DNA from: an uncultured Gammaproteobacteria bacterium
GTDB taxonomy: Bacteria > Pseudomonadota > Gammaproteobacteria > Xanthomonadales > Rhodanobacteraceae
Direction: 5' to 3'
NCBI GenBank assembly: GCA_963766595.1
Contig: CAVYAZ010000002.1
Span: forward strand, 112,924 to 176,923
DNA: 64,000 bases
Shown here: piece after piece, positions 46,188 to 57,697 of the stretch
Layout: every line of letters begins with the position of its first letter
Numbering within the stretch: position 1 is the stretch's first letter
Made by a program: the position numbers and the translations under genes
The notes under the pieces: generated by a model
The model's database searches: none
The model's input: only the letters and a program-made list of their open reading frames with translations
Told to the model about the DNA's origin: nothing

Positions 46188-47675
46188 TCAGGGTTGATAG
46201 AAAGCATTGATGTGCTCGGCGTAGGCGCCGAAGATCGCGCTGCGGCGCAGCCGGCCGTTCGGCGTCGACAGGCCGTTGCGCGGCGTGAAAGCTTCCCGTG
46301 CGGGAATCCAGCTCGCCACGCGCGCGTAGTCGGGCAGCGCCTGGTTGGCGTCGTCGAGCGCGTTCGCGACTGCGTCGGGCGTCGCGCCCGGATGGGTGAC
46401 GATGACGGCGGTGTTGAATGGCCTGGCTTCGCCGAATACGGCGGCCTGCAGGATCGGCGTACGCGAAACGAGTTCGCGCTCGATCCACTCCGGCGCGATG
46501 TTGCGTCCGAACGAGGTGATGAAGATGTTCTTCTTGCGCCCGGTGACGTGCAGGAAACCATCGGCGTCGAGAAACCCGAGGTCGCCTGTTGCGATCGTCT
46601 CGAGCGCTTCCGCGCCGGGCGTTTCGCCGAGGTAACCGCGCCAGCGCACGCCGGATACGAGAATCTCGCCGTCACTGGCGAAGCTCACGCGCACGTGCGG
46701 CAGCGGCCGGCCGACACTGCCGACACGGGTATCCTGTGGCCGATTGACGGCGACGACCGATGCGCACTCCGACAGCCCGTAGCCCTCGTGGACCGGCAGA
46801 CCCAGCGCCAGTGCGTCGAGCAACAATCGCGGCGCGACCGGCGCCCCGCCGACAGCGACGTAGCGCAGTGTCCGCGGCAACGGCAAGCCCGCCCGACCCG
46901 CAACGACGACCGCCTGCAGCATCTGCGGCACCATGATCGCGCTGCTCGCCTGCCAGTGCTCGAGCGCGGCAATCATCAGGGACGTGTCCAGGCTGGAACT
47001 GCCGGACCATCCGATCGTCGCGAGTCGCGGCACGCATAGCGTCGCACCGGCCAGCAGCGGCGTGTAGACGCCGGCAATGTTTTCCAGCAGCGTGGCCAGC
47101 GGCAACAGGCACAAGTGGCGATCGCGCGCCTCAGCCGAACTGGCTGCGCGCAACGACTCAGCCGTCGCTTCGAGTTCCTCGGCCCCGAGGCAAACGCCCT
47201 TGGGTTCGCCGGTAGTGCCGGACGTGAACGTCACCTTCTGCGTGCCGGCGGGAAGCCGCGCACCGCGCACGGCATCAGCCGGCAGGCATACGGCTTCCAG
47301 ATCACCGTGGGAGGGCCGAGTCGCCAGTGCAACGCCGTCGAGCGCGGACGCGATCGCGACGGCATCGTCGGTCAGGATGCAGTCGATGCCTGCGGTACGG
47401 ACCACGTGAGCGATTTGCGCCCGCGTGAAGAATGCCGGCAGTGGCACGACCGGCACCCCGGCAACATGCGCCGCCAGATCGGCCAGAACCCAACCGCGTC
47501 CGTTGTCGGCGAGGATGCCGACGACATTGACGCGCGCGTTGCGCAACCGCTGCGCCAGCTGTCCGACCAGGTCCAGCAACTCGGCATAGGTTAAAACGCC
47601 GTGGGCATCCTCGATGGCCGGCTGTGCCGGTGTGCAGGCCGCGTGGCGGCGCAGTGCTTCGAGCAGACGGCTCAT
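46188..47675 (-). CDS. AMP-binding (ANL adenylation) enzyme
   Basis: TFTSGTTGEPKG, YGLSE, TGDLG, GRKK; the A10 position reads TPNGRLRR. Confidence 0.9.
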   Translation of the reverse strand: MSRLLEALRRHAACTPAQPAIEDAHGVLTYAELLDLVGQLAQRLRNARVNVVGILADNGRGWVLADLAAHVAGVPVVPLPAFFTRAQIAHVVRTAGIDCILTDDAVAIASALDGVALATRPSHGDLEAVCLPADAVRGARLPAGTQKVTFTSGTTGEPKGVCLGAEELEATAESLRAASSAEARDRHLCLLPLATLLENIAGVYTPLLAGATLCVPRLATIGWSGSSSLDTSLMIAALEHWQASSAIMVPQMLQAVVVAGRAGLPLPRTLRYVAVGGAPVAPRLLLDALALGLPVHEGYGLSECASVVAVNRPQDTRVGSVGRPLPHVRVSFASDGEILVSGVRWRGYLGETPGAEALETIATGDLGFLDADGFLHVTGRKKNIFITSFGRNIAPEWIERELVSRTPILQAAVFGEARPFNTAVIVTHPGATPDAVANALDDANQALPDYARVASWIPAREAFTPRNGLSTPNGRLRRSAIFGAYAEHINAFYQP

Positions 47676-48427
47676 GGCGACTTCCCGCAATGCGCCATCG
47701 CGCGCGCTGTTGTCCGCAACATTTGCCGCACGCCTTCCTGGATTCTGCCGACGAACACGTGTGGCGAATGCTCGTAGTAGGTTCCCCATGCCGCGCGCGC
47801 CTCGGGCGGCAACCTCCCGGCGGTGGCCGGCTGCATGTCGATCGGAAACAGACCGTTGCGGCGGAACGCGTTGCGCAACCCGGTCGTGCCGGTGAAAGCG
47901 ACCCACTCGAAACCTTCGCGCTGCAGATAATCGGCAAGCAACCAGATCAGCGTGCGCATCGCACCGGGAAACGTTCCCGACAAGTGGCCGACCTCGATGA
48001 TCGAGGCGCGGTCGACCGCGCCCATCGTGCGCCGCGCGATCGCGCGTTCGATCGGCTGATCCAGGTAATGCTCGACGAACAGTCGATGACGCGCGGAGCG
48101 CAGCCCGAGCGCACCGCGCAATTTGCCATCGCGGTCGTACATGCCGAACAGGCGGGGCATGAATGCCTCCACGCGGGCGCCAAAGCTTTCGCAGAACCGC
48201 CGGCTGATGAACTGTTCGGCCACGGCACGGTCGGCGCCGACATGCTCGAACAATTCGAAGCCGTCCGCGGGTGAGCGGATCATCGCAGCGGGCGTCCCGC
48301 GCGCCAGTACTCCTGCCCGCGGCAGGTCGGCGTGAAGCCGGGGCGACAGCGAGGATTGCTCCGCTGAACGGAATTCGGCGAGTGCATGCCTGGCGATCGT
48401 TGGGTCGGTTGTCGAGTCTGTTCGCAT
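47672..48427 (-). CDS. 'Thermostable hemolysin' (T_hemolysin, delta-VPH-like) family protein, probably an acyltransferase fold
   Basis: LFVEHYLDQPIE, IIEVGHL, WVAFTGT, AWGTYYEHSP; first gene after the sigma54 promoter. Confidence 0.82.
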   Translation of the reverse strand: MRTDSTTDPTIARHALAEFRSAEQSSLSPRLHADLPRAGVLARGTPAAMIRSPADGFELFEHVGADRAVAEQFISRRFCESFGARVEAFMPRLFGMYDRDGKLRGALGLRSARHRLFVEHYLDQPIERAIARRTMGAVDRASIIEVGHLSGTFPGAMRTLIWLLADYLQREGFEWVAFTGTTGLRNAFRRNGLFPIDMQPATAGRLPPEARAAWGTYYEHSPHVFVGRIQEGVRQMLRTTARAMAHCGKSP

Positions 48428-48464
48428 GGTGGTAGCGGCCGGGCCAGAAAGTCCGTGACCACTA

Positions 48465-48481
48465 CGCAACAGCCGTGCCAG
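48465..48481 (-). promoter_or_regulatory. sigma54 (-24/-12) promoter of the T_hemolysin operon
   Basis: Minus strand CTGGCACGGCTGTTGCG matches TGGCACG-N4-TTGC, about 38 nt upstream of the ATG; an AT-rich tract (48526-48558) and inverted repeats lie further upstream. Confidence 0.85.
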
Positions 48482-48604
48482 CGCCGCCGCGGCGCCGGCG
48501 ACGCAACGCAATTGCCTGATCGGCATTGCAAAATGTATAAAAGTTAATTTTGTATTATGGGCGGCGAGGCGCGCCGCAAGGGCTCGCGCTGCAATTGTTG
48601 TTTG

Positions 48605-49090
48605 CTAATCTTGCAGTGGCGCGCAGGTTGCGTTGCGGCGCGGGCAGTTCGGCACGTCGCCGACGGTCAGCAGGACGTTGACGCGCGCATCGGCGGGACA
48701 CGACGAAACGTAGCCGATCGCGCCGGGGGTAGAGAGCACGAACAGCACGACGGCTTCTTCGGACGCCAGCACATGCGGCGGCAGCACGCCGTGGAAGTAC
48801 ATCTCGCGCCAGTAATCCTCCATCGACTCCGGTTTACGGCCGAAGATGCATTGGGAAAATGCCTGGCGCAGCGCGTGGCTCGCCGGCAGGTTGACCGGCT
48901 GGATACGCGTGCCGTCCTCCCAGTAGTTCTGCCTGCGCCGGAACATCAGCGACACCGATTCGCGCGACAGGCGTTGCTCGGGCGATTTCGCCGCGGTAAT
49001 GACCGCGAACGGCAGATCGGGCGAAGCGTCCTGCCGGGCAAATGCGAAAGAGAACAGGGTTGACGCCAGCAGGGTCGGGAGCAGGCGCAT
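48605..49090 (-). CDS. Small exported binding protein (PBP2/phosphate-SBP-like)
   Basis: Signal peptide; LSRESVSLMFRRRQNYW, SEEAVVLFVLSTPGAIGYV. Confidence 0.72.
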   Translation of the reverse strand: MRLLPTLLASTLFSFAFARQDASPDLPFAVITAAKSPEQRLSRESVSLMFRRRQNYWEDGTRIQPVNLPASHALRQAFSQCIFGRKPESMEDYWREMYFHGVLPPHVLASEEAVVLFVLSTPGAIGYVSSCPADARVNVLLTVGDVPNCPRRNATCAPLQD

Positions 49091-49098
49091 GCCGGCCC

Positions 49099-50184
49099 TC
49101 ACAGCAGGATGGCGATCGAGCACAACAGCCCGTCCGGGGTATGGATATCGTTGTTCCTGCTCGATATCCACTCGGCCTTGAGCACGAGCGACGGCGTGAT
49201 GCGGTAGTTCAGGCCGGTCACGAGCAGCTGGGTGGCCGAGCGCTCGGCCGCTACGCGGAATGTCTCGTAGCGGCCGACCGCGTAGAGCTTTTCAGTCAGC
49301 GGCGCGACCAGCTGCACGAAGGCGCCTTTTTCGTCGCGAGTAGCGCCTTGATCGGAGAAGCGGTAGACCGCTTCGGCGCTGATCTCGTAGCGGTTGCGCG
49401 ACCACGCGTAGTCCAGGCCAACCAGCTGCTTGCGCTCGAAGCGCGTCTTGTCCTGCTCGAAGTTGGCCACGGAAAAGCCGATCTGGCCGGCGCCAAGCAA
49501 GGGGATATCAACGTGCGCGCCGATCGCGCTCGAGAACGTGTCGAGTTCGGGGTTCGGATGCAGCTCGTCGCCAGCCGAGCCGTAGATCGAGTAGTCGATG
49601 CCGTTGCCGAGGTTCGGCAGCGTCTGCGTGAGCATGACGCCGGTCATGTTGGTCGGGAAGACGAGCGTCGTGATCAGTGGCCGCGACGTCGTCCACACCA
49701 GCGGTGTCGCATGGATCAGATTCCAGCGCCCGATCGGCGTGAGGAACTTGCCCACGCGCACCTCGGTTGCATCGGTGAGTGCATAGTCCACGTACAGGCG
49801 TTCGAGCGACAGGTAACCGTCCCGCTGGCGGATATCGCCGCGATCGGACGAGCGCGTGTACAGGGGATTTTCCAGCTCGAGTTCCGAGAAGAATTTCCAG
49901 CGGCTGTCGCCCTCCCACCAGATGAACAGGCTGGCATTGTCGATTGCCGCGCGTGACGGTGCATGCTGCGGATCCGCGTAGCTGCCGGTCGCGTATCCGC
50001 CGAGGGTGAAGCCCGTGCCGGGCACATGGAAGCCGTCGCCGAGCCGATAGCCGGTCTGGGCCTGCGGCTGGTCGTCGTTCAGCGGCGGTTCGTCGGCGTG
50101 GGCCGGCGACGCGGTCGCGGCGAGGCACAGCGTCGTGAAGCACAACGCGTATGGGCCAAGGGCAGACCGCAGCGCTAACATCAA
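49099..50184 (-). CDS. Outer-membrane beta-barrel / porin-like protein
   Basis: Signal peptide; alternating aromatic beta strands; LERLYVDY, VRVGKFLTPIGRWN; ends in IAILL. Confidence 0.75.
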   Translation of the reverse strand: MMLALRSALGPYALCFTTLCLAATASPAHADEPPLNDDQPQAQTGYRLGDGFHVPGTGFTLGGYATGSYADPQHAPSRAAIDNASLFIWWEGDSRWKFFSELELENPLYTRSSDRGDIRQRDGYLSLERLYVDYALTDATEVRVGKFLTPIGRWNLIHATPLVWTTSRPLITTLVFPTNMTGVMLTQTLPNLGNGIDYSIYGSAGDELHPNPELDTFSSAIGAHVDIPLLGAGQIGFSVANFEQDKTRFERKQLVGLDYAWSRNRYEISAEAVYRFSDQGATRDEKGAFVQLVAPLTEKLYAVGRYETFRVAAERSATQLLVTGLNYRITPSLVLKAEWISSRNNDIHTPDGLLCSIAILL

Positions 50185-50282
50185 ATGGCCGGGTCGCGCA
50201 TGCCGACGCAGGCCGGCCGTGCCCGTGTATACTTGTTCGCGCCGATGCCGCCCAGCATATTCATTTCCACTACTATACGCTC

Positions 50283-52039
50283 GTGACCATACGCAAGACG
50301 CTACTCGTCGCGTTTCTGAGCGTCGGCCTGATTTCCGCCATAGTTCTGACCAGCTTGGCGTTTGTCAAGGCGCGCGCTGCGCTGCGGGCGGAAATCGAAC
50401 GCAACGTTGCGCTCGAGGCCGCCGGAATTGCCGCCGACATCGACAAGATGATGTTCGAGCGTTTGCAGAACGCGGCGATCTGGAGCCGGCTCGACATCAT
50501 GCAGGACCTGCAGGTGCGCGACGTCGACAAGCGGCTGTCGCGATTTCTTGCCGACCTGCATGACGGCTATCGCGACGTTTACGACAATCTGTCGTGCAGC
50601 GATACCCAGGGACGCATCGTCAGCAGCAGCGATGCGGCGCTGATCGGCCAGGAGGTGACCGCGGCGCCGGCGTGGCTGCGTGCTTCATTGTCCGGTGCCG
50701 ACGTTGAGTTGGAACTGCGCGAGGGCAAGGGCGAAGTCGGCGTGCTCATGCAGGTTGCGTTGACATCCGCATTCAATGGCCAGCCGCTCGGGTCGCTGCG
50801 CCTGCAGCTCGATTGGGCCGAGATCCATGACGTGCTCGATCGCGCCAGTGCCGACGGCGCCCGCATCGTGGCGGTGCTCGACCATGATGGCCGGCTGATC
50901 GCCGCGTCGCAGAATCTTCGTCGCCGCAGCTTTCTGCTCGGCGACAGGCTGGCCGATTGGCGCCTGCTTGCCGGGTCCGTCAGCGAACGCCCCGGTGCGC
51001 CGCTGGTCGACTCCAGCGTGATCGTCGGCGCGGCCGGCTCGCGCGGCTACGCGCAGTTCGCCGGCTTCGGCTGGACCACGCTGATCGTCCAGCCGGTGGA
51101 CGTCGCATTGGGACCGGTCCACAGCATGGCCTCGATTTTTCTGGCGCTGCTTGGGCTGATCGCGTTGTTCACGCTACTTACGGCAATCTGGGTGAGCCGC
51201 GAGATTGCCCGGCCGATCGTCGCGCTTACCGGGTTCGCACGCGGCTACATGCGCGACAAGGTGCTGCAGGTGCCGGCAAGCGAGGGCGCCGGCGAGGTGC
51301 GCGAACTGACCGATGCCTTCGTGCAGATGGTCCGCGACATCGACCTGTCGCAGCAAAACCTCGTGCGCGCGTCGAAGCTGGCGGTCGTCGGCGAGATGTC
51401 CTCGGCGATCGCGCATGAAGTGCGCACGCCGCTCGGCATTATCCGCTCATCGGCGCAGATGCTGCAGCGCGAGTCGGGGATCAGCGACGAAGCGCGCGAG
51501 CTGGTCGGATTCATCGAGAGCGAAACCGAACGGCTCAACCGCCTGGTTTCGGCGATGCTCGACACGGCGCGCCCACGAACACCGTCGTTCGCAACGGTGG
51601 ACCTGCATGAACTGATCCGCAGCAGCGTGGCGATGCTCGCGGCCCTCGCCGACAAGAATCAGGTACGGGTAACGACGCGTCTGCTAGCCTCCACGGCGGT
51701 CATCGAATGCGACGAGGAACAAATGACGCAGGTGCTGCTCAATCTGCTGATGAATGGCCTGCAGATCCTGCGCAACGGCGGGCGCATCGAACTGGCCACG
51801 CAGGACGAGGGCGACCAATTGCGCATCGAGATCGCCGATGACGGACCCGGCATCGACGCGGCCGAGCGCGCGCGCGTTTTCGAGGCATTTTTCTTCAAGC
51901 GCGAGGGCGGCATTGGCCTGGGTTTGGCGATCGTGCAGCAGATCATCCGCGCCCATGGCGGCGACATCGAAGCGGCCGACAGCCCGCTCGGCGGCGCGAT
52001 GTTCCGCATCCATTTGCCGCGCAACCGGCCGGAGGCCGC

Positions 52040-52043
<4 letters not shown>
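50283..52043 (+). CDS. Sensor histidine kinase (TM - Cache-like periplasmic domain - TM - HAMP - HisKA - HATPase)
   Basis: AHEVRTPL H-box, QVLLNLLMNG, DDGPGI, GIGLGLAIV. Confidence 0.92.
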
Positions 52044-53416
<1,373 letters not shown>

Positions 53417-53431
53417 CCGCCGCTTCGGCGA

Positions 53432-53911
53432 TTATTTGGCCGCGGTCTTCTGCGCCGGCATCATCGGCCCGTCGATCCAGCGGCTGATCTTCCAGCTCTT
53501 GTCGGGCTGGCGGCGCCAGACCTCGTAGCTGCGAAATGTGTCGACTTTGTCGGCGCCGGCAGCCTGCTTCGTGGTCTGCGTCCATGTATCGCGCACGACG
53601 GCGAGCGATCCATCGACGATGACTTCGTTGATCGTCAACGCATAGGTCGTGTCGGGCGTCTTGATCGGCAGCTTCGCGTAGGCGGCTTCGCGTTCGTAGG
53701 TGTCGTCCGGGCCGTCCGGCGCCCAACCGATCAGGTCCGGCGCCCAGACCGCGGACGCGGCCTTGTAGTCGCCGTGGTTGGCCGCTTCGACCCAACTGGC
53801 GAGCGCCGCCCGAATCTGCTTTTCCGCTGCTGCGTTGTCGGCGGCAGGGTGGGCAACGACAAGACCCGAGGTGACGAGCAGCGCGAAGGCGCACAACGTG
53901 GAAGTCTTCAT
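53432..53911 (-). CDS. Exported NTF2/SnoaL-like (DUF4440-type) protein
   Basis: Signal peptide; IRAALASWVEAANHGD...EVWRRQPDKSWKISR. Confidence 0.8.
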   Translation of the reverse strand: MKTSTLCAFALLVTSGLVVAHPAADNAAAEKQIRAALASWVEAANHGDYKAASAVWAPDLIGWAPDGPDDTYEREAAYAKLPIKTPDTTYALTINEVIVDGSLAVVRDTWTQTTKQAAGADKVDTFRSYEVWRRQPDKSWKISRWIDGPMMPAQKTAAK

Positions 53912-54008
53912 GGACTCTCCCGCTGAATGATCGTGCTCAAGGATAACGTGCTACCCGTATTCCGATATATGCCGGAAGTACGCATCGAACGCGCGTGGCA
54001 GACCGGGT

Positions 54009-54047
54009 TGAACCCTCTCCCGCCGGGAGAGGGGCAGGGGTGGGGGC
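54009..54047. repeat. REP palindrome CCCTCTCCC-gcc-GGGAGAGGG
   Basis: Same family as 6854-6876. Confidence 0.75.
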
Positions 54048-54196
54048 CGGGTGTGGTGCAACGTCGACGCATTGGCAAAGCTTTCAGCCAGTGCCTCGAA
54101 AGTCATGCTGGCCGCGCGAGACGAACTGAAACCCGACTCAACGAAGTGCGGCATACTTCGCGCTGCATCGGTCGTGTTCCAAGGCGGGGTGAACGC

Positions 54197-55099
54197 ATGG
54201 TCGTCGTCGTGTTGCTCGTGTCGCTCGCCGTACTTGCGACGGCGTTCATCGCTCTGCTGGCCAATGTCGCCCAACGGCGCGGGCAACTGCGGCCACGCAC
54301 CGAGGCAATCGCCCTTGGCGCAGTCACGAATTTCTTCGATACGCTCGGCATCGGCTCGTTCGCGCCGACGACGGCATGGCTGAAATTGCGCAGGCTGATT
54401 CCGGACAGTTTCCTGCCGGCGACATTGAACAGCGGCCACGCGCTGCCGACGATCGCGCAGGCGCTGATCTTCATCAATCTCGTGCGCGTCGACCCGATCC
54501 TGCTCGCCGCGTGCATCACTGCCGCGGTACTTGGCGCGACGCTCGGCGCACCGCTGGTCGTGCGCCTGCCGGTGCGCGCGGTACAGGGCATCGTTGGCGT
54601 CGCGCTGCTGATCGCGGCCGTACTCTATGCGTTGGCGAACCTCGGACTGCTACCGGCCGGCGGTGATGCGCTGGAATTGTCGCAGCCGCTGTTCGCGATC
54701 GCGGTCGCGGTCCATTTCCTGCTCGGCGCGCTTATGACGTTCGGCATCGGTCTGTACGCGCCGTCGCTGATACTGCTGAGCCTGCTTGGCCTGAATCCGA
54801 CCGCCGCGTTTCCGATCATGATGGGTGCGTGCGCGTTCCTGATGCCGGTCAGCGGCTTCCGTTTCGTGCGCAGCGAACGCGTCGACCTGCGCGTCGTGAT
54901 TGGCCTGGCGATCGGCGGCATTCCGGCGGTGCTGCTCGCGGCCTACGTCGTCAAATCGCTGCCGCTGGCCGGGCTGCGCTGGGGCGTCGTCGTCGTCGTT
55001 CTCTATGCTGCGGCATTGCTGATGCGCGCCGCACTCCAGCCTCTGCAGGCGCCCTCGACAATAGAAACTACCGTGGCCGTGGCGCAAAAAATGCAATAG
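54197..55099 (+). CDS. TauE/SafE family membrane transporter
   Basis: TNFFDTLGIGSFA, GIGLYAP, FPIMMGACAFL; about 8 TMs. Confidence 0.85.
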   Translation: MVVVVLLVSLAVLATAFIALLANVAQRRGQLRPRTEAIALGAVTNFFDTLGIGSFAPTTAWLKLRRLIPDSFLPATLNSGHALPTIAQALIFINLVRVDPILLAACITAAVLGATLGAPLVVRLPVRAVQGIVGVALLIAAVLYALANLGLLPAGGDALELSQPLFAIAVAVHFLLGALMTFGIGLYAPSLILLSLLGLNPTAAFPIMMGACAFLMPVSGFRFVRSERVDLRVVIGLAIGGIPAVLLAAYVVKSLPLAGLRWGVVVVVLYAAALLMRAALQPLQAPSTIETTVAVAQKMQ

Positions 55100-55248
55100 C
55101 GCCATACGGCATCGGTAGGATTGCGCATTGGCGAAAGGAGAACGTAACTTAGTCGGGATTGACGCTGGAAACTCGCTGCAAGCGCAGATCGACGCCAGCG
55201 GTCGACATGCGGCGAAGCGAACAGCCCACCAACCGGGAGGCTGCGGCA

Positions 55249-55815
55249 ATGAACGCAAAGTCCACGATCCTGCTGGGGGCACTGTGCCTGATTCCCGTCG
55301 AATATGCCGTATCGGCGGTGTGCAAGCCGGCAGTTCTCGACGGCGACCGCGTGCTCGACACCTCTTACAACTATTGCGCCGACGGTAGTTGTGGCACGTA
55401 CCAGGTGGGATACGACGGCACCACAGACCTCGGCTTCGGCGGGGCGGAGCCGGATCAAATCTCCTTCGAATTCTATTCCTATATCGCCGCCACGCCACCG
55501 GCCACGGGCACGTTTGACTTGGGCAGCGGCAACAACACCAACTACGCAACCTGCAACCAATGCATTCTGATCTTTCAGGACTTGATCGCTCCGCACGACC
55601 CGCAGAAGACTTTTTTTCAGACCGGGGGATCGATCACGATCGACATGAACACAGTGCCGGGAACCGCCGCGAATGTGGGTCTTTCGTGGAGCAACGTGAC
55701 ACTGGCCGAGGTGACGATCGATCCAGACACGTTCGTGTCGACGCTGGTGCCGGGCGGAGACTGCTACACGGTCGTTGCCGACCTGGTGTTTCGCAACGGA
55801 TTTGACGCGCCATGA
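55249..55815 (+). CDS. Exported Cys-containing hypothetical protein with C-terminal DLVFRNGFD motif
   Basis: GGGAGG RBS; signal peptide; NYATCNQC; ends VADLVFRNGFDAP. Confidence 0.78.
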   Translation: MNAKSTILLGALCLIPVEYAVSAVCKPAVLDGDRVLDTSYNYCADGSCGTYQVGYDGTTDLGFGGAEPDQISFEFYSYIAATPPATGTFDLGSGNNTNYATCNQCILIFQDLIAPHDPQKTFFQTGGSITIDMNTVPGTAANVGLSWSNVTLAEVTIDPDTFVSTLVPGGDCYTVVADLVFRNGFDAP

Positions 55816-56072
55816 TTCGTCAGCCGGCCGGTTCGCGCAAAAGGGGCGAGCAGTCCGCGGGGCAACGATGATGCGGGTCTTGGCGCAGTGACGCGTCCGT
55901 TGGCCACCGCGTGTGGTTGGTGGAAGTTTTTGACTGCTTCGTGCTCATAGGCATCCCAGGCCTTCTCATGCGCCGATAGTGTACGAGTCGTCTTCGACTT
56001 CTTGATCTCTCCTTGTCTGACGGCAGGTATATATTGCAGCCGCTTGGGCACAGAAGGAGGAACATAACGGCC

Positions 56073-56741
56073 ATGCGCGTCAACGACGATTTCTCCGAGC
56101 GCGTCGTCATCCAGACAAACGAGCTGCCATGGATTGCCTCGCCCCAGCCCGGCGTCGAGCGGCGAATGCTCGACCGCATCGGCGACGAAGTCGCACGCGC
56201 CACGTCGCTGGTGCGCTACGCGCCGGCCAGCGTCTTCGAGCCTCACGTTCACGGGCTCGGCGAAGAGTTCCTCGTGCTCCAAGGCATTTTCTCCGACGAG
56301 CACGGCGACTACCCGGCCGGCACTTACGTGCGCAATCCGCCAGGTAGCTACCATTCGCCGCGCACGGAGCCCGGCTGCATCATCCTGGTCAAGCTGCGCC
56401 AGATGGCGCCGACGGAACGCGAACGCATCGTCGTTGACACTGCGAAAGCGCAGTGGCGACGAGGCGACGCCGAAGGGCACACGCGCCTGGATTTGTATAC
56501 GAACGGCGAAAACGGCGAGCACGTAACGATCGAACGCCTCGGTGCCGGCACGAGTCTTCCAGCGATGGAGCGTCCAGACGGCGAGGAGATCTTCGTTCTG
56601 TCTGGCTGCCTGGACGACGGGCAGGGCGAACATCTTTCGGGCACCTGGATTCGCAATCCACCTGGGTATCGATGTAGCCTGAATTCAGAGCGCGGCGCGG
56701 TATTCTGGGCCAAGCGCGGCCATCTGAACGCGGCACGGTGA
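56073..56741 (+). CDS. ChrR-like cupin (cupin_7) protein
   Basis: GVERRMLDRIGDEVARATSLVRY, HVHGLGEEFLVL, YVRNPPGSYHSP. Confidence 0.88.
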   Translation: MRVNDDFSERVVIQTNELPWIASPQPGVERRMLDRIGDEVARATSLVRYAPASVFEPHVHGLGEEFLVLQGIFSDEHGDYPAGTYVRNPPGSYHSPRTEPGCIILVKLRQMAPTERERIVVDTAKAQWRRGDAEGHTRLDLYTNGENGEHVTIERLGAGTSLPAMERPDGEEIFVLSGCLDDGQGEHLSGTWIRNPPGYRCSLNSERGAVFWAKRGHLNAAR

Positions 56742-56807
56742 GAAAGGTCAGTTCCGCGGCGCTGAGTCGTAACCGATCGGCGCAGCTCGGAGAAGATCGA
56801 GGCGACG

Positions 56808-57518
56808 TCAGTCTTTGTGCGTGTCGCGGTGCTCGCCGCAGCCTTGTGCGCTGCGGCCGGGATGCTCCGCGCACGGAACCTTGCCGCTGTCGCCGTCCGC
56901 TGCGTAGGCCGGATCGAGCGCAGCGACGACCGCGCGGACACCGGCCTTGATATACGGCACGGAGTCCGCCTTGAACGGGGGATCCGCCTTGTGGTGATAG
57001 TCCGACTGCGCGATGAGCTTCCCGTCTGCGGCCGCATAGACATACATGTCGGCCTGGTAGCCAACCTTTGGGGGAACGAAGCCGCCCATGCCGGTGTTTT
57101 CGCTCGCGTAGCTCGGCGTGGCGAACGGTGCGAAGCGCACGACGATGCGTTAGTCGACGCCGCCATCGGTCTTGGCGCGCTGCGTGGCCGGCACGCCGGC
57201 ATTGGCGTCGAACGCAGCAGGGTTTGCCAGTTCCGTGATTGCCGCCTGTGCACGTCCGGCGCTCGCGACGATTGCCAGCACGACGACGAGTGCGACATAA
57301 ACCAGCGCGAAGCGGATCGAGGACCACGGCGGCGTTTTTCGGCGCGCCAGCAACCAGCAGACCAGCGCGGCGATGCCGGTGTTGGCAAAGACACGCCCTA
57401 TGGCTTCACCCGCACCATCGGGCGAACCCGGCGCTCCGACAAATGCGAACAGCGCCGCGACGATAACTCCGAGCGCTGCAACCCAGCAGACAAGGGCTTG
57501 TTTGGCGGCGAGTGACAT
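56808..57518 (-). pseudogene. Membrane protein of unknown function apparently split by one in-frame TAA (57150-57152), or two adjacent small genes
   Basis: ORFs 57150-57518 (3 TMs) and 56808-57140 share a frame: ...DGGVD*RIVVRFAPF... Confidence 0.4.
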
Positions 57519-57599
57519 AGTCGAACCCACTGGAGAGTCGCGCGGACGTTACAGGAGGAAACGCAGAACAGCGGCAAAAGCGAAGAGTTTGCTGCTTTC

Positions 57600-57697
57600 G
57601 TCGGTTGGGTCGAACCAGGTGAAGCCCAACGTCGATGTCAGGTTTGCTGATCGTTATCGCTGCGCTCAACCCAGCCTGCGCCTCGACCCAACCTATG
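57600..57697. repeat. Degenerate GTAG-type REP doublet (GGTTGGGTCGA ... TCGACCCAACC)
   Basis: Arms at 57603-57613 and 57683-57693, with internal gttggg/cccaac hairpin; supplies the stop codon of the next gene. Confidence 0.65.

Noticed and set aside
47672-48427. Hemolysin toxin or virulence locus
   Set aside because: No signal peptide or pore-forming features. The family name is historical, and the operon context is enzymatic.
55820-56060. Small hidden gene between the exported protein and the cupin
   Set aside because: Candidate frames lack a convincing RBS/start and recognisable motifs; it could be a remnant but is not supportable.
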